DNA from: Felis catus
Lineage: Eukaryota
Direction of reading: 5' to 3'
Assembly (NCBI RefSeq): GCF_018350175.1
Contig: NC_058369.1
Location: forward strand, 26,414,001-26,478,000
Length of the DNA: 64,000 nt
Positions 12,522 through 25,600 of this stretch are shown here, piece after piece. The notes beneath the pieces were generated by a model that ran no database searches, was not told the origin of the DNA, and saw nothing but the letters and a program-made list of their open reading frames with translations. Position 1 is the stretch's first letter, and each line of letters begins with the position of its first letter. Both the position numbers and the translations under genes were made by a program.

Positions 12522-12968
12522 TGAGGAAAATTTAAGTTGTTTTCACTGTGAAAGAGTTGATTTTCAAAAACTGATATTTAGTTGTATTCTCAGGACTCTA
12601 CATTTTATTTAGAGTATTAGGCACTTTCGGAGGATTGTGTGTGCACACACTGTGTATGTGCTTTTAAGCCTCAGATAAATGTGTGCTATAGATGTGATAA
12701 CTAATAAGTTCATTGAGTTTTTTTAAAGACCTAAAACCCTGGTGTTTAACAAAATAGAAACTTCCAATGGATAGCGCTACTATTTTTTATTTCAAACATA
12801 TTCAGAAGTAAAGAGAATAGTGCAAACATTCATGTACCTATTGATCATCTTCAACTATTTGCTCTTTTTTTTCCTCCCATGGATTATCTTAAAGTAAATC
12901 ACAGATGTTTCATTCATTTCAGACTATGTCTCTAAAAGATAATGATTCTCTTTAAAAAAAATACACAC

Positions 12969-12974
12969 TTTATT
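12969..12974 (-). terminator. ACOX2: Probable ACOX2 polyadenylation signal
   Basis: tttatt on + (AATAAA on -) ~240 nt downstream of the ACOX2 stop. Confidence 0.55.
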
Positions 12975-13070
12975 GGGCGCCTAGCTGGCTGAGACGGCAG
13001 ACTCTTGATCTTGGGGTCGTGATTTCAAGCCCTGTGTTGGGCGTAGAGCTTACTTGAAAAAACCAAAAAG
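12975..13070 (+). mobile_element. Short-type CAN-SINE within the ACOX2 3' UTR
   Basis: gggcgcctagctggct...actcttgatcttggggtcgtgatttcaagccctgtgttgggcgtagagcttact + A-rich tail. Confidence 0.85.
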
Positions 13071-13216
13071 ATATAAATGTATGCATACTTGAAAATATAT
13101 AAAGTGTATATGAAGTATACTTTAAAATTTAATGCTATATATGCCATTAATGCTATATATGCCATTAAATAGTGCCATTATCACATGGTGGTGCCTCTTG
13201 AATGCTGCTGATTATT

Positions 13217-13279
13217 TCACAGCTTGGCTCTCGAACTTTGTAATAGTGGTCTTAAATATTTCTCATAGGCAGGGTTCCC
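13217..13279 (-). CDS. ACOX2: ACOX2 last coding exon (exon 15)
   Basis: cag|[23 protein letters not shown]. Confidence 0.93.
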   Translation of the reverse strand, partial: GNPAYEKYLRPLLQSSRAKL

Positions 13280-16200
13280 CTGTTTGTAGAAAAAAGTGCA
13301 TTGTTAGGATATATCTGTCAGGATTAATGACTTTTACCTTCAAATTAAGTTTTTCATTTAAAAAAAGTAACATTACATAAGATGCTTAATTTTAAAAATT
13401 ATTTTTTAAACCTATTTTGTGTGAACATATGGGGAACATTTTTTCCAAAGGGCATCCTTCCTTTTCTCATGCAGATTTTAAATTGTATGCAGGTGGCCAA
13501 TTAAGAAACAGCTTATCATTTGCTTTTGGAATTTAATACAAATAAAATGCTTGACTTTTTGAGGTTCTTTGAAATTGAACATTTACCCACAAAGCAAGGG
13601 GCCAGAAGGCGGAGCCAGATCACATTATCTCCCATTGTCCTCTAATGTATGTCTTGATTCTTTCCTGCCCAGCTCTAGCTTCATCTTTTATATTGTTTAT
13701 TTACTTTTTTGCTTGTCTAGGCTAAAAACTTTAAGCTCCTCATTGAAGACGGTGTTTGTGACTTTTTTGTTCTCCCCTGTAGCCTTAGTACCAAGAATAG
13801 TTTCTGTCATGTGGCATATGCTCAACAAATATTTGTTGAATGACTGAATGAATGAATCGGTAAGTATGTTTAATGCATCTAGCAATTACTTGGACACATT
13901 TTTACAATAGAATAATTGGGGGAAATAGGATTCTTGTTTTGAAAATATCCCCAGTGATTCCTGCACTGTTTGTATCTATAGGGAATCACTTAAATATGAG
14001 TTCATGTACGGAGCAGGAACAACCTTTTGTAGCTCACTTTGGAGAACCTGGCTTGAAATAGCATCCAGATTAGGAGGGAAAAAAAAAGCCAAATAATACA
14101 CCATGGCTAGAGTGAACCATGAGAGAGCGCATCATTCTGTCTAGGGATAAAGCTCAACACTCAACCTGCCTCAGCTAGAAGAGAGACTGTCTTATGGTTC
14201 TAAGACATTTAACTTAGCATAGGACTTTTCTTTTGGTAGAAAATATCAGTGAAATATATTCCTGTTTGTACTTTTGTGTCTCCAAGGAAGGTTCAACGTA
14301 GTTGTTGTTTTAATGTATTTGAAATACCTGCAGTGTGCCATTTTCTACTAGTGCAGATGAGGAAAAATGTCTCTTACTGCAGCTTCAAAATTATAGCAGA
14401 TTAGAAAAATATACCTTAAAGTGCTATTTTGGTGGACTCTTGAGGAGCCAGTAACATAAGATTATATATATATATATATATTAGCAGTCAACTGACTCAT
14501 TTTAACTAACTGGAGACATTTCGCCAAGGTCATTTGTAATCTCACATTCCTAAATTGCTGTGCATGGAAGAGCCACGTTGCTGTACCTGTCACCTTTGTA
14601 GCAAGGTGATGTAAGCCAAGATGGTCAGAGTCTGCAGCAATGTGTGTGCAGCAGGTTCCTTCATCTTACTGTGTGGGTCATAAAACTATGTTCATTTATT
14701 CCATAAATGCAAAGTGTCTACTCTGAGCTAGATCCTGGAGTTAGGAAGAGGAAGAGTCCATTCTGTTCACAGTCAAGTAGCAGGAGGTAGGGAAAAGAGA
14801 AAAGTGAATGGGATGAAGTGCATAATGTTTTATCTGTTGATGCTGTAGGCCAGTCATGCCCCTCATTTACGTAAGCCTGCCCTCATATAGTATCCAGATT
14901 AAATGCTTTTAAAATAAAGGTTAGAAAGGAAGTAAAACAAATAAGAACACTCCCTATGTTCTTTAGTGAAGATGAGGAATCAGAAGAAGTGGCATATTTC
15001 CTTGTGTTGCTAGTTAAGCAGGTTTGAGCTAGATACGTCAGCATTTGCTGACAGGTGTTACAGCAGTCAGTTTTTCTCCGGAGCACCAAAGAGCATACAC
15101 TTATCCTTAGACCACAGGAGCTAATCTGGAGTAGGAGGACTGCTGTCGTTTTATGACACGATTTAAATATTAGAAAGTAGGGAGATGTAATTATTAGAAA
15201 AAGTAACACAGCACAAGTAGATTAACTGTATTAAGAAGTAAATGTATCATATGTTCTTTAGGTAAGTTCTTTATATTGTTGAGTTAAAAGGATGCCTTCT
15301 TGGAGACAGGGAATGACCAAAATGGATTGATTGGCCTTCTATCTGACAAGCCTCTTGGAGGTAACCAGTTCTGTTACAACTTTAGATAATCGTGTTAAAT
15401 TAAGCCATGAGGTATGACAGGATGCAAAATGCAAAGAGCAAGTCTAACACCATGCTAAGTGTGAATGAAAGCCTGAGAGTTGCCAGTTTTATAAGGTGTT
15501 AAGTAAGACACCTTTTTTGAAATTTGACCTAAGGGGTAAAAAAGTAAGCCTCGCTATCTGAAAACATATTTGCACCATAGACCTTAAAATAATCTGTTGT
15601 GTATCTATAGACTATTGTTTTGATCATCTGTATCAAATCTATTAAGTATTAGTTACTGAATTCTGAATATAGGGTTTATTTCTTTACTCTGCTTATTGTA
15701 GTCATTGACATTCATAACCTTTCCCAGTGAGGCTTACAGCAGAGAGTCTGGGGCGCAGGCCCCAGACTGTTAGGATTTTATGAGTCCTCCCCTTCTGTTA
15801 ATGACCTAGAGTTCTGGTATTCTCTCTTAGACAGCTGGGGATCTTTTTGCCATAACCCTTGTAATTGTTTATATGGCTTTCCTGGGCTGCTGATGGCAGT
15901 ACAGCAGCCTTCTTTGTTCCTGGGATTGTGTTCCTCAGAATGGATAGGAAGGAGGCATCTCTAGCAGACAGATGTGAGAGCGATCTCCCCACCCCAAGTT
16001 TCCTATCACCCATTTTTATCACCACAAAACAGAGTTAAAGGCTGAAAATAAGATGGCTAAATCACTGCAATGATTTATCTTATTTTTGTGACTTAAAAGC
16101 TAGTTTGCCACTATGTGTATATGCTCTTGAGTATGTCAAGCCACGATTTAGAGCTTGGGCCCTCCTCCTAATTCCCTTTACCAAATTCTGAGCAATGCAT

Positions 16201-19200
16201 TTTGCTGATTGCAGTCCAGACTCCGAGTTCCTGCCAGACCACATCCCTACTCTTGGTTTCTTTTATGTATTCTCTTTTAAACACACGTGCTATGCCAAGC
16301 AATTTCCAATCTAATGGGAATCAATTAAAATGAGAAAACATGGAAGTGTATTCACTGCTTGTTCTCTGCTTTCTTACATAATTTATAATGTGTTCTACTC
16401 AACTACCTGAGTATTGGTCGGTGACCTCTGAGCCCATTCGAATAGACGTTCATAGACATTGCCATCGTAACAGCCAAGTGCTGAGTTTAAGCTCTGATCC
16501 GTGAAGTCAAAAGCATCAGTTAACAAGATGGCATCCTTCCTGTGAGAGAAAACAAGAGTTTGTGAGTATTTTAGATTGCTCTTATGAATCTAATTAATCA
16601 GGGATGGTGAATAACAACACCTAATTAGAGGTTGCATCATTATTCACTTTTGAACAACTCAGCTTTAATTTTTTAAACGTTTTAATTTTTGATCAGTTAT
16701 ATATACCATAGTACAAAGAGTCCAGTAGTCTTCAAGGCTTGTTAGTTAAAATCAGTATATCCCCGTCCCACCTCTACTTCCTCCACCCTGCAATCAGTCT
16801 TGGTCTTTTAGCTGCTATTTTTGGTATTTACTTGAATATCTCTAAATGTCTTGTTTGGATTGCTACTTCTTGATTGTTCAGTTTTAGATATTGTGTGTTG
16901 AGTCTGCATTACAAAAGATATGTTTTTAGTCCCCCTCCCTTCACCCCTATCTCATCCTCGCTCTCTCCTGCTTCCCCTTGGCCTTCCCGCTCCCAATATA
17001 TAGTTTAAATACTGGTCAGACTTGGATTTGGTACTTACATGGTTATGACTATATGTCTGCATATTATTGTGACTTTATGTATCCTGCTCACAGTTGAGCT
17101 GTGTCCCCACCATGTCTCTCCTATTAAGAGGGATCTACTTCCAGGCCTGCTATTTCTCTCTCCAACACTCATCATCCTTAGTGATTTCATTGTCTACCTG
17201 AATGTTCCTCTAAAATGTGACTTCTCAGTTCATGGATCTTCTCCTTTGACCTTGTTCTACAGCCCTGTCTTGTGATTCTCCACGAGGATCCCACCCCAAG
17301 ACTTGACGGCAACACCTGTACCTTCTCCGCGATGCAGATGGCATTCCTTTCACCATCCCTGCTCTTTTAGCTTACTCCCTTTAGTCTTTTGACTCTGATA
17401 ACCCTTTTTTTAATTTTCTGGGCTTTTTAAAGATTATATTATATTATATTATATTATATTATATTATATTATTTATTTTTGAGAGAGAAAGAGAGAGAGA
17501 GTGAGAGTGAGCAGGGGAGGGGCAGAGGAGAGGGCGAGAAGATCCCAAGCAACTCTACACTCAGCTTGGAGCCCCATTGGGGCTTGATCTCACCACTGTG
17601 GGATGATGACCTGAGCCGAATTTAAGAGTCCGATGCTTAACTGACTTAACTGACTGAGTCTTCCAGGCAACCCCCCTTTTTTTTCTTTTTTCAAGCAATA
17701 AAATGTGCTTTATTTTAGCCTATTGAATGAAATATTTTTTAACCTTTTTTTTTTTTTTAAGTTTATTTACTCATTTTTTAGAGAGCATGCACACGTGCAG
17801 GGGAGGGGCAGAGAGAAGGAGAGAGGGAATCCCAAGCAGGCTCTGCCCGGCAGCACTGAGCCCAATACAGGGCTCCATCTCACCCATGGTGAGATCACGG
17901 CCTGAGCTGAAATCAAGAGTCCAGTTGCCCAACGGATTGAGCCACCCAGGTGCCCCTGAATGAAATATTTTAAAAAATTGTTCACATACTTCTCTTTCTT
18001 TTTTAACAAAGGGTAGAAAGCATAACATGCGATTTTTTATACTCTTCCCTAGCCCTCCTTTCGCAAAGCGTTTGAGATGACTGGGATACTGTACCTACCT
18101 ATTTTAATCCTCTCTGGATGACCCTTCATCATCACTGTGAGGTGATTTTCATTTAGGGCTGTTTATACTTCCTTGACCTTACTGGCACCTGCCACTTAAT
18201 GTCGCTCATCCTCCTGGTGGTCTCCCTTCCTTTCTTATTCAGCTGAAATTCCATGGTCTTTTATATTCACTTCCTCAAAAATATATTCCACATTTTTCAC
18301 TGACTGTGTGACATCACCTTTGTGGCTCTATATGGCCGACTGGAAATCAGTACCGACCGATGTAACGGGCTCAAGTGGGCCCTTCCGGCTGCCTAGCAAT
18401 CCTATGACATTGCTCTCGTTCCTGTACTCTTTTATTCTCTTCGGGGATTATTTCACACCTTCTCTCTAATCCTTAAATCCATGCCACCTGCCTCCCTATC
18501 TCTCTCTCTCTTCGATGGCTCTTCGTCCCATTTCACTGATAAAATGGAAGCAGTAAGAGCACATCCACAAGTTCTCACCTGTGCACCTATAGGTATGGTG
18601 CTTTCTCTATTTTTAGCACGGGTATGCAGTTCTGGCTCCCAGCTCTGGCCAGTCCCTCTCTGTCCAGTAGATGCCTTCTGCTCTTGCCTACCAGAAAACG
18701 ATGTTCTAGAAATTCTCTTGCCTTTGCCTTACAATGTCAAAGTCCCCATCTCTACTGAATCGTTTTTGCACGTGAACATGGTGTGCTATCCCCCATCTTA
18801 ACAACAAGCTTTGAGTCTGTTTCCTTCTCCATCATCTATTCCAGATCTTGACTCCCCTTTATGATAAAGCTCCTTAAAAGTGTTGTACTTGTTTATGCTT
18901 TGCTATTTCTTCTTCTCCACCTGTTCTTGTAGACTGGATCTGTTCAGGTTTTAACTTCTGCCACTCTACTGAAATAGTTCTTGTCAAGGCCTCCTCTTCT
19001 TCATCTTTGGAGGGCCCCAAGACTCAGTACTCCAGCCTCTTCTCTGTATCCAGTCACTCCATGGGATATCCTCATGGCTTTAAATACCAGCCATATGCTA
19101 ATGACTTCCAAATTGATCTCTCCAGTCTCACTTAACCTGCATTTTAACATCTTCCTTAATTTCTAACAGGCTCTTCAAACTTAACATGTTCAAAACCAAA

Positions 19201-22200
19201 CCCCTGGGGCACCTGGCTGGCTCAGTCAATAGAGTGTGTGATTCTTGATCTCAGCGTTGTGAGTTTGAACCCCATGTTTGGTGTAAAGATTATTTAAATA
19301 AATAAAACTTAAAAAAATAAAGAGCCAAACTCCTGATCTTCTACAGCTTTTCCTGTGCATCCTGCCCAAACCTGGCACATTTATAGTAAATAGCTACTCT
19401 GGCCAAAAACCTGAGCTCCTCTCTGTTGCATACATCCTGTACCTAATCTGTCAGCAAATCCTATTCTATCTTCCAAATATATCCAAACTTTAGTCACCTC
19501 CCACCACCTCCAGTGCTGGCACCCAGTCTAACCCATCGTCATCTTTCACTTGGATTATTGAGGCAGCCTCCTAGCTGGGCTCCCTGCTTTTTATTCGTCC
19601 CCTGCCCAGTTCCTTACTGTCGCAACTGGAGTGATCCTTTAGAAAAATACATCAGATGACTTCAGACTGTGTCTTATGCTATGTTGAAAACTGTCCCCTT
19701 CTCACACAAAGTAAAAGCCAAAGTCTTAAGTCTTTGTGATGATCCCTACCCCCATCGTACCCCTCACCCCCCGCCCCAGTACACCCTACCTCTCTGCCCT
19801 CTGCCCTCACTCTCCACTTAGTCACATGGCTCCAGCCTCTGTGGCCTGTTCTCTGGATGGATGTGCCAGGCATGCTCTGGCCTTCAACATTTGTACTTCT
19901 CTGCCTGGAGTGCTTCCCCCCTGCCCACCCCCAGCCCATGGCTCCTCTCACCTCCCCTCCACTTGAGATCTTTCCTCCAACATCACCCTCTCTGGGAGGC
20001 CTTCTCTGACTTACTTAAAACCACTGTCCCTCCCACTGCACCCCCAGCATTCCTGATCCCCTTCCCTGCTTTCCTTTTCTTAGCAGTACCATTTTGCATA
20101 CTGTTTGACTTATTTTTTCTGTCTGTGTTTGTCTCCTCTAGTCTACAAGCATTTGTGGCCTTTTCAGTCTGAAACTCATTACCTTCATTTGAAGAGTATT
20201 TTCTTGAATTATTTAATTAATGGCTTGTTCCCTTCTGTTTTCTCTGTCTGCTCTTTCTAGATCTGTTTTTTAGATAATGGACAGTTAGGATCAGTCTTCT
20301 TACTATTTTAATGTTTTTTCCTAATTCCTATCTTTTTGTCTTTTTGCTTTCTTTTCTGTGCAATGTATGCAACTTTATCTTCCAATCCTTCAATTGATTT
20401 TTTTCATTTCCACTATCATTTAAAAATTTTTTTGTGTGTGTTTTATTTATTTTTGAGAGAGAGAGAGAGACAGAGTGTGAGCGGGGTGGGGCAGAGAAAG
20501 AGGGAGACGCAGAATCTGAAGGAGGCTCCAGGCTCTGAGCTGTCAGCACAGAGCCCAACGTGGGGCTCAAACTCACAAACCGTGAGATCATAACTTGAGC
20601 CGAAGTCAGACAGTCAACCGACTGAACCACCCAGGCGCCCCCTGAATATTACTTTTTAAGAAATGACATTCTTGGCTTGTGGTTGGAATATTCCCTCTTA
20701 ACTCTTTGAGGATATTACTTATCTTTTAAAAAAAAGTCCTTCTCCCAGAAGATTCTCTTCTACCTCCAAGTTATTTCGTTCTTGCTTGTTTGGGCTCTGT
20801 TTTATGTCAGGGGCTTCCCGCAGGTGTCTGGTGATCTCTGAGTGTCTGACCATAGCTAAGAGTGGGGCATTAGCTAGCTGCTTAGAAGTCTGGGTGTGCT
20901 TGTAGATATGTGGGATTCTCTATGGGGTGAATTGGGGGACCGTGGGGTCAGTGTCTTTGGCTCTCTCTCCTTTGGGCTTGTCAGATTCTCCAGAGAAGGA
21001 GTGTGCTATCATCTTCCTGTAGGCCACGAGCCTGGCTGCCAGCTTTCTGGGAACCAGGGAAAAGACGGCTGGGGGAGGGGGCTGTTAGCACGGGGCCTAC
21101 AAACATTTGTTCAGGCTGCTGTTTTCTGAAGGGTAGCCTCATTCTCACCTATGCCTAATGTTCCCTGGCCCACAGACCCTCTATGTACCCTTCTGCCAGG
21201 GTGAGGTCAAGGAAAAGGCTCAAAACCACTCACAGAGAAGGAGGGGAACTGAGGGTTCAGAGCCTTCTCAAAGAGACTTCCAGCCCATCCTGTGGGTCTT
21301 ATCTTCATGCCCATTGCCAGAGGTACACAGCGCTACTAGTTCTTGGGGTTCTTTGGTATAACTTGTTTCCCACTTCTGATTTATGATCCAGTTTCCCCAG
21401 GTCTGCTAAATCACTGTCCATTTACTTTCTTATATTTAGGTTTCCTTTCCTGTTTTCTTTCTTTTTGTGGGTCTATATCTTTTTAAAAGTTTTAATCCCT
21501 TTGCTGGTGTTTTGTTGGGTTTCAGGAGAACAAAAGTAAATGCATATGTTCAACGTGCCATCTTCACCTGAATGTCCCCCAACTGAGATTTTACGACCTT
21601 ACGACCCCTTAAACAACTATAAACTGGGTCAGCTAAGTACCATTGCACACAGAGCTGGTTCTTAGCATCACATGGAATAGCGTGCCATCCTTTATTTGTC
21701 ATCTCAGAAATCAGAGGTTGATACTAAGTAATCAGGCAGAGAATTGTGACACAGAACTTTTGTAAGCATGGAGTCTGTAACATACCTGACAACCTTGCAA
21801 TAATAGGAAGATTACTTAAGTACATATGTGAGTAAATCAGTTTGTGGGTTCAGTGCACACTTAAGTTGCCTATTTGTGTCAGTGCTGCTGGTCTTGTCCT
21901 AAGTTGTAAGTCTTTGGCACCAAGGCAAGCACTTAGAAATGCCGTTGCAGGTTAAGAACAATCATGCTTATGACGTGTTACGGTGATCTTTTGTGTTTCA
22001 TCATCACTGCCAATCAGGGCTAGAATATTATTGTCTTCATGTACTTTAAATGCTGAGCATTTCCTGGGCTCCTGGGCGGTTCAGTTGTTTTAGCATCCAA
22101 CTCTCGATTTTGGCTTAGGCCATGATCTCATGGTTGGGTTCTAGCCCCTCGTCGGGCTCTGAGCTGAGCGTGGAGTCTGCTTGGGATTCTCTCTTTTCCT

Positions 22201-22638
22201 CTCTCTCTGCCCCTGCCCCACTCATGCTTTCTCTCACAAAATAAGTAAACTATTAAAAAAAATACCAAGCATTTCCAGATTAGATACACTTGGGCTGAAC
22301 TGTGCCATACTCAGTTCTGCTATTACTGGTTCCCACCACTGGAGTCTGTACATTAGGGAAAGTTTAATACCTGGGATATAATTCTATAAAATGTATTTTT
22401 GACAGTTTTGATTATTTAATTGAACATTTACCGACTGCCAAGTATCTGTTAGGTGCTTATGTGAAGCCATAAATGGTTTGTAACATGTTGCATGTTGTTA
22501 GAAATAAAACTAATTTGATCTAGTCTTTTTTTTTTTAACTTTGTCATGAGTAGCTTATTTTTTAAATTTCAAATCTTTTTCCTTTTTATTATCTTAGTCT
22601 TGTAGATTATGTGAGCTATTGGAGGTCATAGGGTAAGA

Positions 22639-22671
<33 letters not shown>

Positions 22672-25600
22672 TACCACCCCATATAAAACGGCATCATATT
22701 TCCTCAGAAAAGGTTGCGTTCTCAAGGCAGCCCATTTTTCACTTAAGGACAGTGGTGACTGCTCTGTATTATTTTAATTTCTTTCTTCCAGTGCTCTGTT
22801 CAGGTTGGGGCTTTGGTTTCAATGTTTTTAAAGTGATCATTTAGATTATATATAATGTAACAGAATGAAAGTATTGCATTAATATGTCATGACCCCAAAC
22901 TACACTGCATTATGTTGCATTTAAGAACTATTTGTATTATTGTTTTATGAATCAGTGTATGAATTGCTGAGTTTAAAAAAAAAAATCTCACCTTGGAGCT
23001 GAGGAAGGATTAAAATAAGTTTAGTCAACTTAGTAGGAACTCGCTTAAACACATTCAACAAAGACCAGGATGCGTTTGACCAGTAGCCCCACCTTAACTT
23101 TCATACAGTTGAGAACGCATACTCTGGGGTCAGACAGGCCCCAGATTGTATCTGGCTCCTCCCTGGCTGACTGTGAGACCCTGGGCAAGTTACCTAACTC
23201 CCCTCAGCCTGAATTTCCTCCCCAGTAAAATGGGGAGATTAACAGTATTTGTTTCAAAAGGCTATAAGGACTAAATGAGATGATGTATGTGAAAGCTTTT
23301 GGCATAATGCCTGGCACACATAAATGTTCCTTAAATGTGAGTCATGATTCAGACTCATTAAAGTTTACATATTATGGATATGTGGTATGCTTCCTTTAGA
23401 TACTATTCCTATTTCCTTTACAATGTTGAAGAGTTCAATTGAGATAGTGAGATAATTTGTTTTTAAGCATTTATATTTCTAATTTTTTTTCTTTCACTAA
23501 TCCATAATGCTTTATGTTGATGTAATTATGCTAGAGTGTAAACCTCTCCAGAGTGGTTTGCTGCTTTTGCCAGACCCCACTTAGCAAGATTTTGGAGCTG
23601 AAGATTTTGGAGTTTGAAGTGAACAAAGGGTCTAGGGCTAGTCTCTGAAGCTCACCATGGTTTGAGGGCCAGCCACTTACCGGATGAGGGGGAGCAGATC
23701 CAGGTAGGCTGTTCTCACCGCATCCACTTGGGCCCCAGATAGGAAGCCATCGTGAAGAAAGTCACCCGAGTTTGTCAGGATGCCATGTAAAGCATAGAGG
23801 TCACAGAGGCGTTTGAGCACCTGCTGAATTGCTGGTTCATTTTCTAGTTTGTCCAGAGTTTCTGTAAAATTCTTTACACTGACATAATGGCAGTGTGCCT
23901 AAAAGACACAAAGATACATTAGCTTCTGATTTCTGACCTCAGAAGTCCTGGAAGCTTAGGAAGACTGCTGGAATAAGCCCCCTGTGGCCATGTGTTTCCC
24001 AGCGGGCTGGCAGCTGCCTTTTCTCCTGGCTGTGGGTCTGACTGAGCCTTTTTGATAGTGTGTGTGTGTGTGTGCGTGCGCACGCAGGCGTGTGCTTATG
24101 TTGGGGGCTTGTGGGCTCTGGAGCTCGGCCCTTAGCTTCCTTATTTTGTTTGGGGGAAATTTCAAATAGATTTGAAAAGTAGAAAGAATACAGGGGTATT
24201 GGAGGCTGGCCTGGAGACAGTGGAGGACAGTACCACTCTTCTTGAGAAAACAGCTGTTTATTGTTTGCCATGTTCAAGGCAGTGGTGTGTGTGTGTGTAT
24301 ATATGTGCTTGTGTACGTTGTGGAGGAGAGAAAGTAGAGGCTCAAGATAGACACAAAATTTATCCCAGCTAGAGAGTAAACTCTGTGAGGTAAGCAGGGC
24401 TGTTATTTAGCCCATATCCAACAGTCTTGCTTTGTCACTGGTTAAAATAAGACTTTCAGGCTCCTGGCTGGCTCAGTCGGTGGAGCATATGACTCTTGAT
24501 CTCAGGGTCATAGTTTCAAGCCCCACATTGGGCACAGAGCTTACATAAAAAGCGTAAAACTTTTGGTACCAGTTGGTAAGTGACCACTGCCCTCAACCCT
24601 GTGAGAGCCCCTTGGGTCAGCCAGGATCCTTCCCTGGGACTTCCTCCTCCCCACAGCTCAGCAAATAAAGGATGAATGCCTGGCCCAGCAGGAGACTTTC
24701 AGGCCTCTGCCTCCATTAGGCCTGAAGTGCTTTCTGACTGGCCCTTGCCCCTGCCCTACCAGTTGTTAGGTATTTTGAATATTCCACTTCTCTCCAAGAC
24801 AAATCACACTATAGTTATCAGGTGAGGTATATGAATTCCACGGGGGCAGGTGGGTAGGGAGGAAAGGAGAGCATATTAAATTCTTCTCAAATCTTTATGT
24901 ATAGACAGATTAGCTGGTGATCTCGTCAAAATGCAGATATCCGGATAGCTTCCCAGTAAGGCCTTAAGTAGCTAGGCTTAGACTGTCTTGAGGGTTCAAA
25001 GAAATTTACTCAGGGGGACAAAGAATGGGAAAGGCCATTTGAGTCAGGGGGGATTTCCTGTGCACATGGCTGTACTTGCAGGAGGCTACAAGCAGTCTAC
25101 TGAGGGGAGGACAGACTGTACACATTAGGGCAGGTGGGCCACCCGGGACCTGGGTCAGTAAAGGGCCGTGAATGACATGGTTGGTGATGTGGAGAGCAAA
25201 TGCAAAAGAAATGTAGATGAAATTAAATTTCCTTATAAGTTGCAGCCCATTGACAAGTACTTGAGACGGGCTGAATGTGACATTCCTCCAGGAACTTCCA
25301 ACTGCCTTAATGTTAATACCTTACTAGAGGAAAAAGCCTTAGCTTGACAACAGCCGGGTCTTCAGGATCCTGTAACTTATGAAAATCCTTTCAGAGACTT
25401 CCTTTGTGTCTACCCCTCCCAGCTTAAAAGTATATAATCACTTGCTCCTTACAACCCCACGGCAGCTCTTTCAACCCGTGGGTCCTGTCCCCGTGCTTTA
25501 ACAAAACTACCTTTTTTTGCACCGAAAACGTCTCAAGGAAGAATTCCTTCTTGACCGTTTGCTCTTGAAGCCTGCATCAAATCACATCAGTTGGGGTTTC

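Noticed and set aside
17705..18028. Recurrent ORFs with similar peptides (SAQVMIS, GRGRERGR) across the window
   Set aside because: Translations of CAN-SINE copies, not a gene family.
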